From: Candidatus Eiseniibacteriota bacterium | Lineage (GTDB): Bacteria; Joyebacterota; Joyebacteria; Joyebacterales; Joyebacteraceae | Assembly: GCA_043819135.1 (NCBI GenBank) | Contig: JBDRFG010000015.1 | Span: forward strand, 1-44,078 | Length of the DNA: 44,078 nucleotides | Reading direction: 5' to 3' | Part shown: positions 17,920 through 26,581 of the stretch, piece by piece | Numbering within the stretch: the first letter of the stretch is position 1 | Layout: every line of letters begins with the position of its first letter | Position numbers and translations under genes: made by a program | Notes under the pieces: generated by a model | Told to the model about the DNA's origin: nothing | The model's input: the letters and a program-made list of their open reading frames with translations, nothing else | Databases searched by the model: none

Positions 17920-19029
17920 CTACCTCTGAACGGCCTCGAGCCGCGCCTTCGATTCGATCGCCGTGACATGTTCCGGATTGAGTTCGATGGCAAGGTCGAG
18001 CTCTGCCATCGCCTCCTGATAGCGCCCCTGCGCCTCATACACCAACCCCAGCCGCCAGTGGGCGGACGCCAGTTCCGGCTCCTCGGGTCGGTCCTCAGCC
18101 GCGATGTACGCCTTGAAGCCCTCTTCGGCCGCGGCCAGGTCGTCGCCCGCCTCCGCGTGCGCCGAGGCCAGCTGGTAGACGGCGACGAGGTCGTCGGGCG
18201 TGAGCTCGCGAACGCGCTGGAAGGCCGGGACCGCGTCAAGAGGCCTGTCGGTGTCCCTATAGAAGGTGCCGAGCAGGGACCACCCTTCCGCGTTCATCGA
18301 ATCGACCGCCGCCGCTGCGAGGTACGACGCCTCCGCGCTTTCCGGATCGTCCTCGCGTTTGGCAATGACGGCGTGGGCAAGGTGCCCGTAATACTCGTCG
18401 ATGGACGCTATGGTCTCCGCCCTCTCCTTCGCCCGATCCATCCCTCCTCCCATGACCGAGGGCGCGTAGATGGAGAAGTACAGAAGGGCCAGATGGGCGT
18501 CGACGTTCTCGGGATCGTACTCGACGGCCAGCTCGCACTCCTTCTTGAACTTGCCCCCGTAGAACATCGCCCTGAAGCCACCCTGCTCCGCCTTCATCCC
18601 GTACCCATTGGCCAGGATGAAGTGATAGTGCGAGTTCCCTTTTTCCGCCTTGACGGCCTTGCGGGCGTACTCGATGGCGCGGTCGGGATCGCCCTCGATC
18701 AGTCCCACGATAGCAAGCCCGTTCAACGCCCGGTGCTCCCCGGGCGCCGCGTCCAGCACTTCCTCGAAGAGTGACTCGGCTGCCGTCGCATCTCCGGCGG
18801 CGGCCGCGCGCCCTGCGCGCGCCAGAAGCGAATCCACCTCCGACGCCTGCTCCGAGGGCTCGCTCCGCGCGGGTTGCTCAAGGGCGAGCGCCTCAGGCGT
18901 GGACACAAGTTGAAAGGGACCGACCGGACTCAACAACAGCATTGTGGCCGTGAGAAGAACCGGGCCGGCCCATCGACGCACTCCGGCGGGAACGGACACC
19001 CAGGTCATACGGCTATGCTTCGCACTCAT
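17920..19029 (-). CDS. Exported tetratricopeptide-repeat protein
   Basis: N-terminal signal-like segment and several TPR-like repeats; ATG overlaps the EamA stop (ATGA). Confidence 0.8.
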   Translation of the reverse strand: MSAKHSRMTWVSVPAGVRRWAGPVLLTATMLLLSPVGPFQLVSTPEALALEQPARSEPSEQASEVDSLLARAGRAAAAGDATAAESLFEEVLDAAPGEHRALNGLAIVGLIEGDPDRAIEYARKAVKAEKGNSHYHFILANGYGMKAEQGGFRAMFYGGKFKKECELAVEYDPENVDAHLALLYFSIYAPSVMGGGMDRAKERAETIASIDEYYGHLAHAVIAKREDDPESAEASYLAAAAVDSMNAEGWSLLGTFYRDTDRPLDAVPAFQRVRELTPDDLVAVYQLASAHAEAGDDLAAAEEGFKAYIAAEDRPEEPELASAHWRLGLVYEAQGRYQEAMAELDLAIELNPEHVTAIESKARLEAVQR

Positions 19030-19973
19030 TGCTCCTCCATGGTCCCGGCGCCGGGCAGCTCCGGCACAACATCCGGACCTACGGCCAACTCCTCGACCTT
19101 GTCCCTCGACGCGAGCGCGACGGCCGCCAGTATCAGAGCGCTTCCCGTGAACGCGAGTGGCGACAGTCGCTCCCCGAGCAACAGGGAGGCAAGCGTCAGG
19201 GCGAACACCACCTCTGTCAGAAGGACCACGCTCGACGTAGTCGCCGTGATGTGCTTCAGACCCCACGTCCACAGGAGGAACGGCGCGACCGTGCAGAAGA
19301 CCGCCGTGTAAGGCACGGTCCACAACTCGGCCGACGGTCCGGGAAAACCTCCCCGCCCGAAGACGAGCGCAACGGGAAACGCGGCCACTGCGGTCACCGT
19401 GACCATTGCCGCCGTCAGCGCGCGCACGTCCACCGTGTGCGAGGTGACGATCTTCTTGTCGAGCAGGATGAAGAACGTCCACAGAAAGGCCGCCGTCACG
19501 ACGAGGAGGTCGCCGCGAATGGCCGAGCCTCCTGCCATTGCCGGACGGCCTCCGGTCGTCACGAGAAAGACCCCGGCCAGACCTATCAGGACCGCGAGCA
19601 CTTTCATCGGCCCGAATTGCTCGCGGAACACGATTCGGGAGGCGATCGCAACGAAGATGGTGCTGGCGTTGATGAGGAGGGCGGCGTTCATGGCCGTCGT
19701 CATCGTCTGTCCTTTGAACTGGAAGACGAAGCCGGCGGCGTTGCTCACTCCGAGCCACACGACCAGCGGGTTCCTCAGAAGGGCCAGCACCTTTGCGGTC
19801 CGTCCCGTCATCATGCTCACCAGAACCGCCAGCGAGGAGGCGACGGCGAACCTGAGAAAGACGAACCAGAAGGGATCTATGGAACGCAGCCCGATCTTGA
19901 TGACCGCGAACGACGACCCCCACAGCAACCCGGCAGCAAGAGTGGCCAGGACGGCGCCCCTTGTCCCCTTCAC
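19026..19973 (-). CDS. DMT/EamA family transporter
   Basis: LLWGSSF..IK.GL, FLRF, two 5-TM repeats, LLGERL; GGAGG before GTG at 19973. Confidence 0.9.
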   Translation of the reverse strand: MKGTRGAVLATLAAGLLWGSSFAVIKIGLRSIDPFWFVFLRFAVASSLAVLVSMMTGRTAKVLALLRNPLVVWLGVSNAAGFVFQFKGQTMTTAMNAALLINASTIFVAIASRIVFREQFGPMKVLAVLIGLAGVFLVTTGGRPAMAGGSAIRGDLLVVTAAFLWTFFILLDKKIVTSHTVDVRALTAAMVTVTAVAAFPVALVFGRGGFPGPSAELWTVPYTAVFCTVAPFLLWTWGLKHITATTSSVVLLTEVVFALTLASLLLGERLSPLAFTGSALILAAVALASRDKVEELAVGPDVVPELPGAGTMEEQ

Positions 19974-20086
19974 GGCATCCTCCGCACGTTCACCGATGAG
20001 GCGCGACGCGGGCGGCACGCCCCCGTTCGATGGCGGTGGTGTCCCGCCGCCTGCGCGCAGCACGTATGTTTGGCGAAGCGCTTATC

Positions 20087-21292
20087 CTACAGGAGCACGA
20101 TGAGCGCCGCAACGACCATGATGGCCGCGCAGGCCGGCAGGAGCATCCGATAGATGCCGCCCCAGCTGGCGCCGAAGTACTCTCGTGTGAGTACGAGGCA
20201 GAGGTGAACCGGAGAGAGCAGGCAGCCCACGAACCCGGCGGCGAAGCCCAGCATGACCAGTTCCATGTTGACTTCCGGACCGCCCATGAGCGGGATCAGC
20301 AGAGGGAAACTCACGGCTATGTAGGCCAGGGTCACGCCGGTGATGAGCCCGATGATCAGCGGGACCGCGGCGATGACTGCAACCTCGGGAAGGTTCATGC
20401 TGAGAAGGAAGGGAGGCACGGCGTCGACGACCTCCGCGGCCTCCAGAAGATGCTTGTACGCTCCGACGCCGACGATGAGGGTGACGATCTGGAACTCGGT
20501 CCCGCGCCGGAACGCCCGCCAGATGTCCATGCCGGAGGGTCGCTCCAGGACCACGAGCACCGCGATGACCGCGAATATGACCAGGACCAGCTCGACCTTG
20601 AGGACGAGCACGCCGGCGACCACCACGCCGAACGGCCACACGCCGACGAGGATGTCCTTCCACCCGCCGTTTGCGCCCTTCTCGCGCTGGTTCCTTCCCG
20701 CGTCCACGCGCCTCAGCACGAAGAACGCGCCCGCCGCGATCGCGGCAAGCGTGATGGGCCAATTGTAGAGGAAGAAGTCGCTTACCGGTCTGTTGACCAG
20801 CGCGGCGCCCACGACCACGCCTGGGTAGAGCGGCCAGATGTATTCCCAGACGTGCCGGAACCAGTAGCTGACGAAGAGCTTCTGCTCGGGCGTGGCGTGC
20901 CCGGTCTTGACGGCGCTTTCGACCATCGGTGCCGTCAGCATTGTGCCACCGGGCATCGGAAGGAGTCCGCCGAAGGCGGGAATGAGCGCGATGACGATAC
21001 GGTTGTCGGAGATGAGAGCCCGGAGGCCCGACGCGAACCGGTCGAGATAGCCCAGCTTCCCGGCCAGCGCGCCCAGTGCCATGATGGCGACTATTCGTGC
21101 GAGGAGCAGCAGCGTGTCGTGCGCGATCGCGGCGCGCCCCAGCTCCACGAGTGTCCATAGCGGGGCGCGTCCTATCACCAGTGCAAGAGACGCGGCGCCC
21201 GCGAGCATGGAGACGCCCAGGTCGACCCGAAAGCGGACCAGCAGAACAATGAGAACCACTGAGAGAGTCAGTGAAATGATCTCGCGTTCCAA
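20087..21292 (-). CDS. DUF401-family membrane protein (putative permease)
   Basis: GLLPMPGG...APMV, YWFRHVWE..WPLYPG, LLSPVHLCLVLT.EYF; AGGAG RBS and TTG start. Confidence 0.85.
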   Translation of the reverse strand: MEREIISLTLSVVLIVLLVRFRVDLGVSMLAGAASLALVIGRAPLWTLVELGRAAIAHDTLLLLARIVAIMALGALAGKLGYLDRFASGLRALISDNRIVIALIPAFGGLLPMPGGTMLTAPMVESAVKTGHATPEQKLFVSYWFRHVWEYIWPLYPGVVVGAALVNRPVSDFFLYNWPITLAAIAAGAFFVLRRVDAGRNQREKGANGGWKDILVGVWPFGVVVAGVLVLKVELVLVIFAVIAVLVVLERPSGMDIWRAFRRGTEFQIVTLIVGVGAYKHLLEAAEVVDAVPPFLLSMNLPEVAVIAAVPLIIGLITGVTLAYIAVSFPLLIPLMGGPEVNMELVMLGFAAGFVGCLLSPVHLCLVLTREYFGASWGGIYRMLLPACAAIMVVAALIVLL

Positions 21293-21358
21293 GCTATCTC
21301 CTGAGGCCTGCGCCACTAGCGAGCCACGCACGCTGCTTCGTCACGATGTCCATGCGGC

Positions 21359-22174
21359 TCACTCCAGCTCCGAGAGGTGCAGGTTCGTGCGGACCGCGTC
21401 GTCTCTCCACTTGTAGAAGCTCTCGGTGTATGTGAGAATTGAAACCCACTGTGCCAGGTTCGTGATCCCCTTGGACTCGATGTGCCGCTTGAGCTTGGAG
21501 TCCTCGGGGAGAGAGTGGAACCAATCCTGGAAGTACTTCTCCTTCGACGCGAAGTGCTCAGCCATCTCCTCGTCGGACGGATCGCTGTAGACTTCCTTGT
21601 GGACGACAGCCTCCAGCGGGAGCGACGGCGCGAGCGGCGGACGCTCCTCGGGGTAGCCGAGAATCAGCATGGCGACGGGAAGCACCTGCTTCGGCAGCTG
21701 GAAGAAACTGAGCGTCGTGTAGGGCTGCCAGACTATCTCCTGGATGTACTGCGATCCCAGACCCAGCGATTCCGCGGCGATGACCGCGTTCTGCGCCGCC
21801 GTGTACACGCCCCTCAGCGCCACCCAGAGAATGCCGATGCCCGTGAAGTGCGGAGCCCCACCCTGAAGCTCGGACCACCTGTTCATGCGGTGCGTGTCCA
21901 CGCAGAAGACTAGCGAGACCGGCGCCTTCTCTATGCAGGGTCTCCTGCCTTCGCAGAGAAGCTCGTTGAGCTGCGCGCGCCTGTCGTGGTCGCGCACTTC
22001 GATAATAGAGTACGGTTGTGAACCCCTGTACCCGCCCTTGAGCGTACCGCCCGGTCCCGATGCCCTGAGCGCCGCGTGCAACACCTTGTCCAGCACGTCC
22101 TGGGGGATGTCGTCGTCCTTGAACTTGAGAATGCTCCGCCTGTCGAGAATGGTATCGAGACAGTCCGTGTCCAA
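21359..22174 (-). CDS. Nitroreductase family protein (NfsA/FRP-like)
   Basis: RRSILKF, QPYSII, AAQNAVIAAESLGLGS, LGYP. Confidence 0.85.
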   Translation of the reverse strand: MDTDCLDTILDRRSILKFKDDDIPQDVLDKVLHAALRASGPGGTLKGGYRGSQPYSIIEVRDHDRRAQLNELLCEGRRPCIEKAPVSLVFCVDTHRMNRWSELQGGAPHFTGIGILWVALRGVYTAAQNAVIAAESLGLGSQYIQEIVWQPYTTLSFFQLPKQVLPVAMLILGYPEERPPLAPSLPLEAVVHKEVYSDPSDEEMAEHFASKEKYFQDWFHSLPEDSKLKRHIESKGITNLAQWVSILTYTESFYKWRDDAVRTNLHLSELE

Positions 22175-22176
22175 GC

Positions 22177-22788
22177 CTACCTCCCGCTTTCGAGATCGTG
22201 TTTCGTGAGTATGTCCCTGAGCAACGCCCTCGCTCGATGCAGGTGCGTCTTCAGGGTTCCCATGGGGATCCCCAGAGTTGCAGCGACCTCCTTGTAGCTT
22301 CTCTCCTCAAGATAGAAGAGCGTGACGACAACGCGGTACTGCTCTGGAAGCTCGAGAACGGCTGCCCGGACCGCGCGCCTGAACTCTCCGTCTCGGACCG
22401 TGAGCTCCGGGCTCATCTCCTGACTGCGGCCGTCGTCCACGACGTCGGCCTCAACGTGAGAACCGGATTCGATGTCGACCGCGAAGCCGCGCCTGCGGCG
22501 CCTCTTCAGGTGCGTGAGCGCGCGGTTGGTCGCGATGCGGTACAACCAGCTCGAGAACTTCGAGTCGCCTCTGAATCTGGGCAGCGCGCGGTACGCCCTG
22601 ACGAACGCTTCCTGAGCGACGTCCTCCGCGTCCTCGTCGTTCCCGACGATCCGAACGGCGATCGTGTAGACGTAGTCCCGGTACCGGGTGACCAGCGTCC
22701 CGTAGGACGCCTCGTCGCCGGCAAGGACTCTCGCAACGAGTTCCCCGTCCGACGGCGTGTGCTCACGCGTCCGGTTCGACCCAGCCAA
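22177..22788 (-). CDS. ECF sigma-70 factor (SigW/RpoE-like)
   Basis: DAEDVAQEAF, FSSWLYRIATN (region 2); LPEQYR...SYKEVA..LGIPMGTLKTHLHRAR (region 4); GGAGGAG RBS. Confidence 0.95.
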   Translation of the reverse strand: MAGSNRTREHTPSDGELVARVLAGDEASYGTLVTRYRDYVYTIAVRIVGNDEDAEDVAQEAFVRAYRALPRFRGDSKFSSWLYRIATNRALTHLKRRRRRGFAVDIESGSHVEADVVDDGRSQEMSPELTVRDGEFRRAVRAAVLELPEQYRVVVTLFYLEERSYKEVAATLGIPMGTLKTHLHRARALLRDILTKHDLESGR

Positions 22789-22992
22789 AGGCTCCTCCGC
22801 GCCCGCTCACGGGCGGCGGCCAGCTAGGCACCCACTCGGGCCGCGCGTCCGCGTGCCGGCCAGCCAGGTTCAGCCCGCTATGCTACCAGAACCGCTCGCG
22901 AATCCAAGTGGTTTTGCCCGCGAGACGCCCCGCCCAGCCCGGCTCCAGAGGGGTTTCTCTTTCGAGCGGGCTCGACGAGCGCCCACACCCCT

Positions 22993-23019
22993 GAAACACC
23001 CATGGCATACCGGGTGTCA
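22993..23019 (+). promoter_or_regulatory. ECF-type promoter GAAAC-N18-GTCA upstream of the DUF6249-like gene
   Basis: TGAAAC acccatggcataccgggt GTCA. Confidence 0.6.
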
Positions 23020-23129
23020 TAGCGTATGACAATGGAAGAGGCAACCCAGGGGCTCCGCCGCAAGGCCGGGTGTTCTAAGACAGAACGTGCCCGGGAGACC
23101 GGCGGCGGAAGAAACGCAAGGAGGAAACC

Positions 23130-23573
23130 GTGTACATGTTCTTCGGTTTCATGACGGCCCTGATCTCCATCGGCGCGGGCGTGCTCATGGTCATGCTCAT
23201 CATGAAGGGCATCAACCGCTCCCAGGAGCTCAGGCAGCAGATGTACATGAAGACGCTCGAGAAGGGCGTCTACGACTACCGCCTGATCGGCGGCGCCAGG
23301 AAGAGCTCAGGAACGGCCGTGCTCGGCTGGGGCATCCTCTTCACGGCTGTCGGGATAGCGCTCTTCTTCAGCTTCATTTCGCTCGGCATCCTGGACGAGG
23401 CCATGGCCGGCGCGCTCGTCCCGATGTTCGTCGGCATCGCTCTCATTGTCTACTACTCGATCCGCAGAAAGATCGTGGGAGACGAGAAGCAGAACGGCGA
23501 ACCCGTGACCTTCAGCCCGCCGACCGGCGGGTCCGACGGATCGGTCAGGATCGTCGCCGGGGACGACGAGTAG
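23130..23573 (+). CDS. DUF6249-like small membrane protein
   Basis: TM helix, then ELRQQMYMKTLEKG, then two TM helices (GILFTAVGIA, PMFVGIAL); AGGAGG RBS and GTG start; divergent from the ECF sigma gene. Confidence 0.7.
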   Translation: MYMFFGFMTALISIGAGVLMVMLIMKGINRSQELRQQMYMKTLEKGVYDYRLIGGARKSSGTAVLGWGILFTAVGIALFFSFISLGILDEAMAGALVPMFVGIALIVYYSIRRKIVGDEKQNGEPVTFSPPTGGSDGSVRIVAGDDE

Positions 23574-23612
23574 AAGGGCAGGACGATACGACGATAGAAC
23601 GGGAATCTTCAG

Positions 23613-23644
23613 AGGTCCCGCGTGGCTCGCCGCGCGGGACCTTT
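23613..23644 (+). terminator. Intrinsic terminator-like hairpin between convergent genes
   Basis: AGGTCCCGCG tggctcgccg CGCGGGACCT followed by a short T run. Confidence 0.55.
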
Positions 23645-23710
23645 GCGTCCGACGGCTCGCCGCACGGGACTTCTGCGGCCGACGGCACGCGGCACGGCCT
23701 CCAGCGACAC
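23624..23710. repeat. Degenerate 30-bp tandem repeat, about 3 copies
   Basis: ggctcgccgcgcgggacctttgcgtccgac / ggctcgccgcacgggacttctgcggccgac / ggcacgcggcacggcctccagcgacac. Confidence 0.7.
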
Positions 23711-23723
23711 CGGCGCGGAAACT

Positions 23724-24269
23724 CTAGCGCCACTCGGGAGTGGATGGTCTTACGATTCGGATGGCGCTGACGCCGAGGAAGACGGCCGCGGCGACGGCCA
23801 GGGCAAGCAAGGCACCTGCAGCGCGCGGCTTCTGTGACCAGGTTGTAACGAAGTCGGGCACCTCCGCCAGCGGCTCGGCGAGCGGGGCCAGAACACCGTT
23901 CGCGGCCTCGCCGATCCCGCGAACGAACGAGCGCGCGGCTTCCCAGTTGACGACACGATGGACCCCGTACCCGACCCCGATAGCCGCGGCGCCGCATGCG
24001 GCCGGTATGACGACGGAATCGACACGGCGGCGGAACTCCACGCGCCTGGTGATCTCGCTGATGACTGACCGCTCGAACCCGGCCGGCGCACGATCGAGCG
24101 GCGCATCGGCCAGGACCCTGTCCACTGCGACGAGCATCGCCCAGTCGCGGCGGCACGAAGCACACGTGGAGACATGCGCCTCGAGTGAGCGAGCATCCGC
24201 GGACGAGATACTCCCGTCCAGCTGCTCGTTCATCAGCCTTCTGTTGGCAGCGCAACCCACCCTTGTCAT
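23724..24269 (-). CDS. Zinc-finger (ZAS/zf-HC2) transmembrane anti-sigma factor
   Basis: C...LDG.IS......LEAHVSTCASCR (HxxxCxxC), APAGFERSV, two TM segments; AGGAG RBS. Confidence 0.85.
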   Translation of the reverse strand: MTRVGCAANRRLMNEQLDGSISSADARSLEAHVSTCASCRRDWAMLVAVDRVLADAPLDRAPAGFERSVISEITRRVEFRRRVDSVVIPAACGAAAIGVGYGVHRVVNWEAARSFVRGIGEAANGVLAPLAEPLAEVPDFVTTWSQKPRAAGALLALAVAAAVFLGVSAIRIVRPSTPEWR

Positions 24270-24321
24270 CTCCTGACGGGGCCGATGGAGCCCCTACTCT
24301 GCCTGCACGTCCACGTATGTG

Positions 24322-24348
24322 TGACTCAGGATCCCCTCCGGGGGTTTC
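24322..24348 (-). promoter_or_regulatory. ECF-type promoter GAAAC-N18-GTCA upstream of the anti-sigma gene
   Basis: Minus strand GAAAC ccccggaggggatcctga GTCA, the same elements and spacing as 22993-23019. Confidence 0.6.
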
Positions 24349-24430
24349 GCGAGACCGGAAGGGCCCGGCCACCGGGGTTCTTGAAGCCTCTGGACCGCTC
24401 TTGGCTCCCCCACGCACCCCACGCAGCGGA

Positions 24431-26548
24431 CTAGCGCGACAGCCTGCGAACGACGGCCGGGTTCCCTGAGCGGTCCACCGCACGAACGGACACCGCGTGC
24501 TCCCCGTCCTCGAGCCCCTCTACGACGAGCTGGAATGACTCGCCCCGTGAATCGAACATGCCGTCTTCGGCGAACGCGGGCGTCCAGGGTCCGTAGTCGA
24601 CGGACACGTCGACGAACATCACCCGGCTCGCGGAGTCCTCCACGACGCCGCTTACCGTCATCCCGTCGGAGGTCGACGAGACATCGACCCTGGAGAACTC
24701 CGGCGGCGTGTGGTCGACGGTGAACGGTTGGCTCGCGGCCGAAGCCGCCATCGCCGACTCCTTCGGGTTGGACGGCCGGTCGGTCGCGGTCACCTTTAAC
24801 CGGTAGACACCATCTGTCATCGACTGCGTGTCCCACGTGTGGAGGGTTCTTCCGGACACGCCCTCCTCCATGAGCTTCCAGTCCTCCTCGTCGTCCGCCT
24901 TGAGGAAGACGTCAAAAGTCAGCGCGTCGCCGTTGGGGTCGAGCGCGTCCCACGAAGCGGTTCTCATCCCGCGCAGAAGCACGGGTAGTTCCCGGCCGAC
25001 CGATGCCCCATTGCCGACCGAATAGGTCACCTCCACTCCGCCCGGAAGCGTCTGCGACGCCGAGGACGCGTCCGTTCCACCCGCCGGTCCGCTCACAACA
25101 TCACCCGGCTCGTGAACGGTGACCGCCGTGATGAGCGGCGGGAGGTTCTCGCGGAGGTAGGCCGCCGTCGCGCTGAGCAACTCGGGGCCCGCTCCACGCG
25201 AGCTTCTCGACAGCCGGGCCTTCCACTGGAGGAATCGTGCCGGTGGACAGGCCATCTGTCCACCGCCGGTCCCCGACACGGGGCTCCAGTCGCTCCACGT
25301 CTCGTCGGTGTCGGCCGTGTTGCCTGACCGAGCGAAGAATTCCACTCCGGCCCCGTCCGGCACGTCCGCTGTCCACGACAGCTCACCCCACGTGGAGTTG
25401 GAGAGGGCGTCGAACGCCTCCGACTCGTACTCCCCCGATTCGACCGCCCCTCGGCCCAGTCTGTAGACCGCTCCTGGCGCGCCCACTGTCACGATGATGT
25501 CGTCGGTTCCCCGTATCGACAGCACCTCCTCGCCGGAGAGTTCGGCGAGGAGGTCGGCCTTCCCGTCGGGACCGACGGCATAGACGAGACCGCCCGACCC
25601 GGTGCCGGCCAGAACGGAGCCGTCGTGAGAGAGCCCGAGCGAAGTGATCGGAGCGTCAGGGGAACGCCACAGCTCGATGGCGCTGCCGCCGGGCGTCACC
25701 CGGAAGACCGCTCCGTCACCGAAGCCCGAGCCGTAGCCACCGTTGTCGCCCAGCACGTCCTCAAGCGACACGCTGGTCGCCGAGAAGTAGACCGCGCCAT
25801 CCGCGCCGCGGACCACGCCTGAGATCTCGTCGTAACTCGTGTCGCACAGCACGCGGAGGTCCCGCCCCGGCGTGATGTCCAGTAGGAGACCGTCGATGCC
25901 GGTGCCTGCGAGCACGCGGTCGTCAAGTACCGCCAGCGCTGACACGCTGGAGTCGTTCGATTCGTAGATGACGGTCCCCGACCCGTTCTCGTCGACGGCG
26001 TAGACCTTCGCCGCGTCGCCGGTGCCGACGAGAAGTCCGTGGTCAGACGAGTGGGCCATGCTCCAGACGTACCCCTCGCCCGTTTCGAAGAAGAGCCTGC
26101 TCTCCCCGTCGGGCGTGATGATGTAGACCTCGCCGCCCGGCGCCGCACCGACGAAGATGTCACCGGAGCGCGAGACGGCCATCGTTGTGAGGTCGGCCGT
26201 CTCCAGGCTCAATAGCTCGACCGGGTCGCCGTCACCGAGCCTGAGCACCTTCCCCGGAGTTCCCGCGACCACCACAACGGCGCCACCCCGCACGCTCTCA
26301 CCTGCCCACACGTACTGCGTTTCGGTCACGTCCACCACCTGGAACTCGGACGACAGCACGACCCGCCCGTCGTGCAGGACGCTCGTCCCGGCGAGACGCC
26401 CTCTCTCGGCCGTCGCGAACGTGTCCGTCCTCCAGAAGGACGCCGACACCGCCAGCGCGTTCGGCGCGGACGCGGACACGACCGCGGCGACGACCCCACC
26501 AACAAGGAGCGCCGCGTGCGCGCGGCTGCTCGTGGTAGCTCTCTGCAT
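24431..26548 (-). CDS. Secreted beta-propeller protein with C-terminal FN3/Ig-like domains
   Basis: Signal peptide; repeated '(V)Y.V..DG / GTG..G.VY' blades; RSGNT...WSDWS, RFLQWKA, WDALDPNGD, DG.Y.LKV.A.D, VRAVD.SGN. Confidence 0.8.
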   Translation of the reverse strand: MQRATTSSRAHAALLVGGVVAAVVSASAPNALAVSASFWRTDTFATAERGRLAGTSVLHDGRVVLSSEFQVVDVTETQYVWAGESVRGGAVVVVAGTPGKVLRLGDGDPVELLSLETADLTTMAVSRSGDIFVGAAPGGEVYIITPDGESRLFFETGEGYVWSMAHSSDHGLLVGTGDAAKVYAVDENGSGTVIYESNDSSVSALAVLDDRVLAGTGIDGLLLDITPGRDLRVLCDTSYDEISGVVRGADGAVYFSATSVSLEDVLGDNGGYGSGFGDGAVFRVTPGGSAIELWRSPDAPITSLGLSHDGSVLAGTGSGGLVYAVGPDGKADLLAELSGEEVLSIRGTDDIIVTVGAPGAVYRLGRGAVESGEYESEAFDALSNSTWGELSWTADVPDGAGVEFFARSGNTADTDETWSDWSPVSGTGGGQMACPPARFLQWKARLSRSSRGAGPELLSATAAYLRENLPPLITAVTVHEPGDVVSGPAGGTDASSASQTLPGGVEVTYSVGNGASVGRELPVLLRGMRTASWDALDPNGDALTFDVFLKADDEEDWKLMEEGVSGRTLHTWDTQSMTDGVYRLKVTATDRPSNPKESAMAASAASQPFTVDHTPPEFSRVDVSSTSDGMTVSGVVEDSASRVMFVDVSVDYGPWTPAFAEDGMFDSRGESFQLVVEGLEDGEHAVSVRAVDRSGNPAVVRRLSR

Positions 26549-26581
26549 CGTGCCTCCCCGGGCTCGTGACGGCCCGCGCTG

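Noticed and set aside
17920..19923. 667-aa extended TPR ORF, and similar N-terminal extensions of thiD, tonB and glgC in the ORF track
   Set aside because: The extensions overlap neighbouring genes or promoters; downstream starts with an RBS or stop-start overlap fit better.
23624..23710. CRISPR array
   Set aside because: The repeats are contiguous and degenerate, with no spacers and no cas genes.
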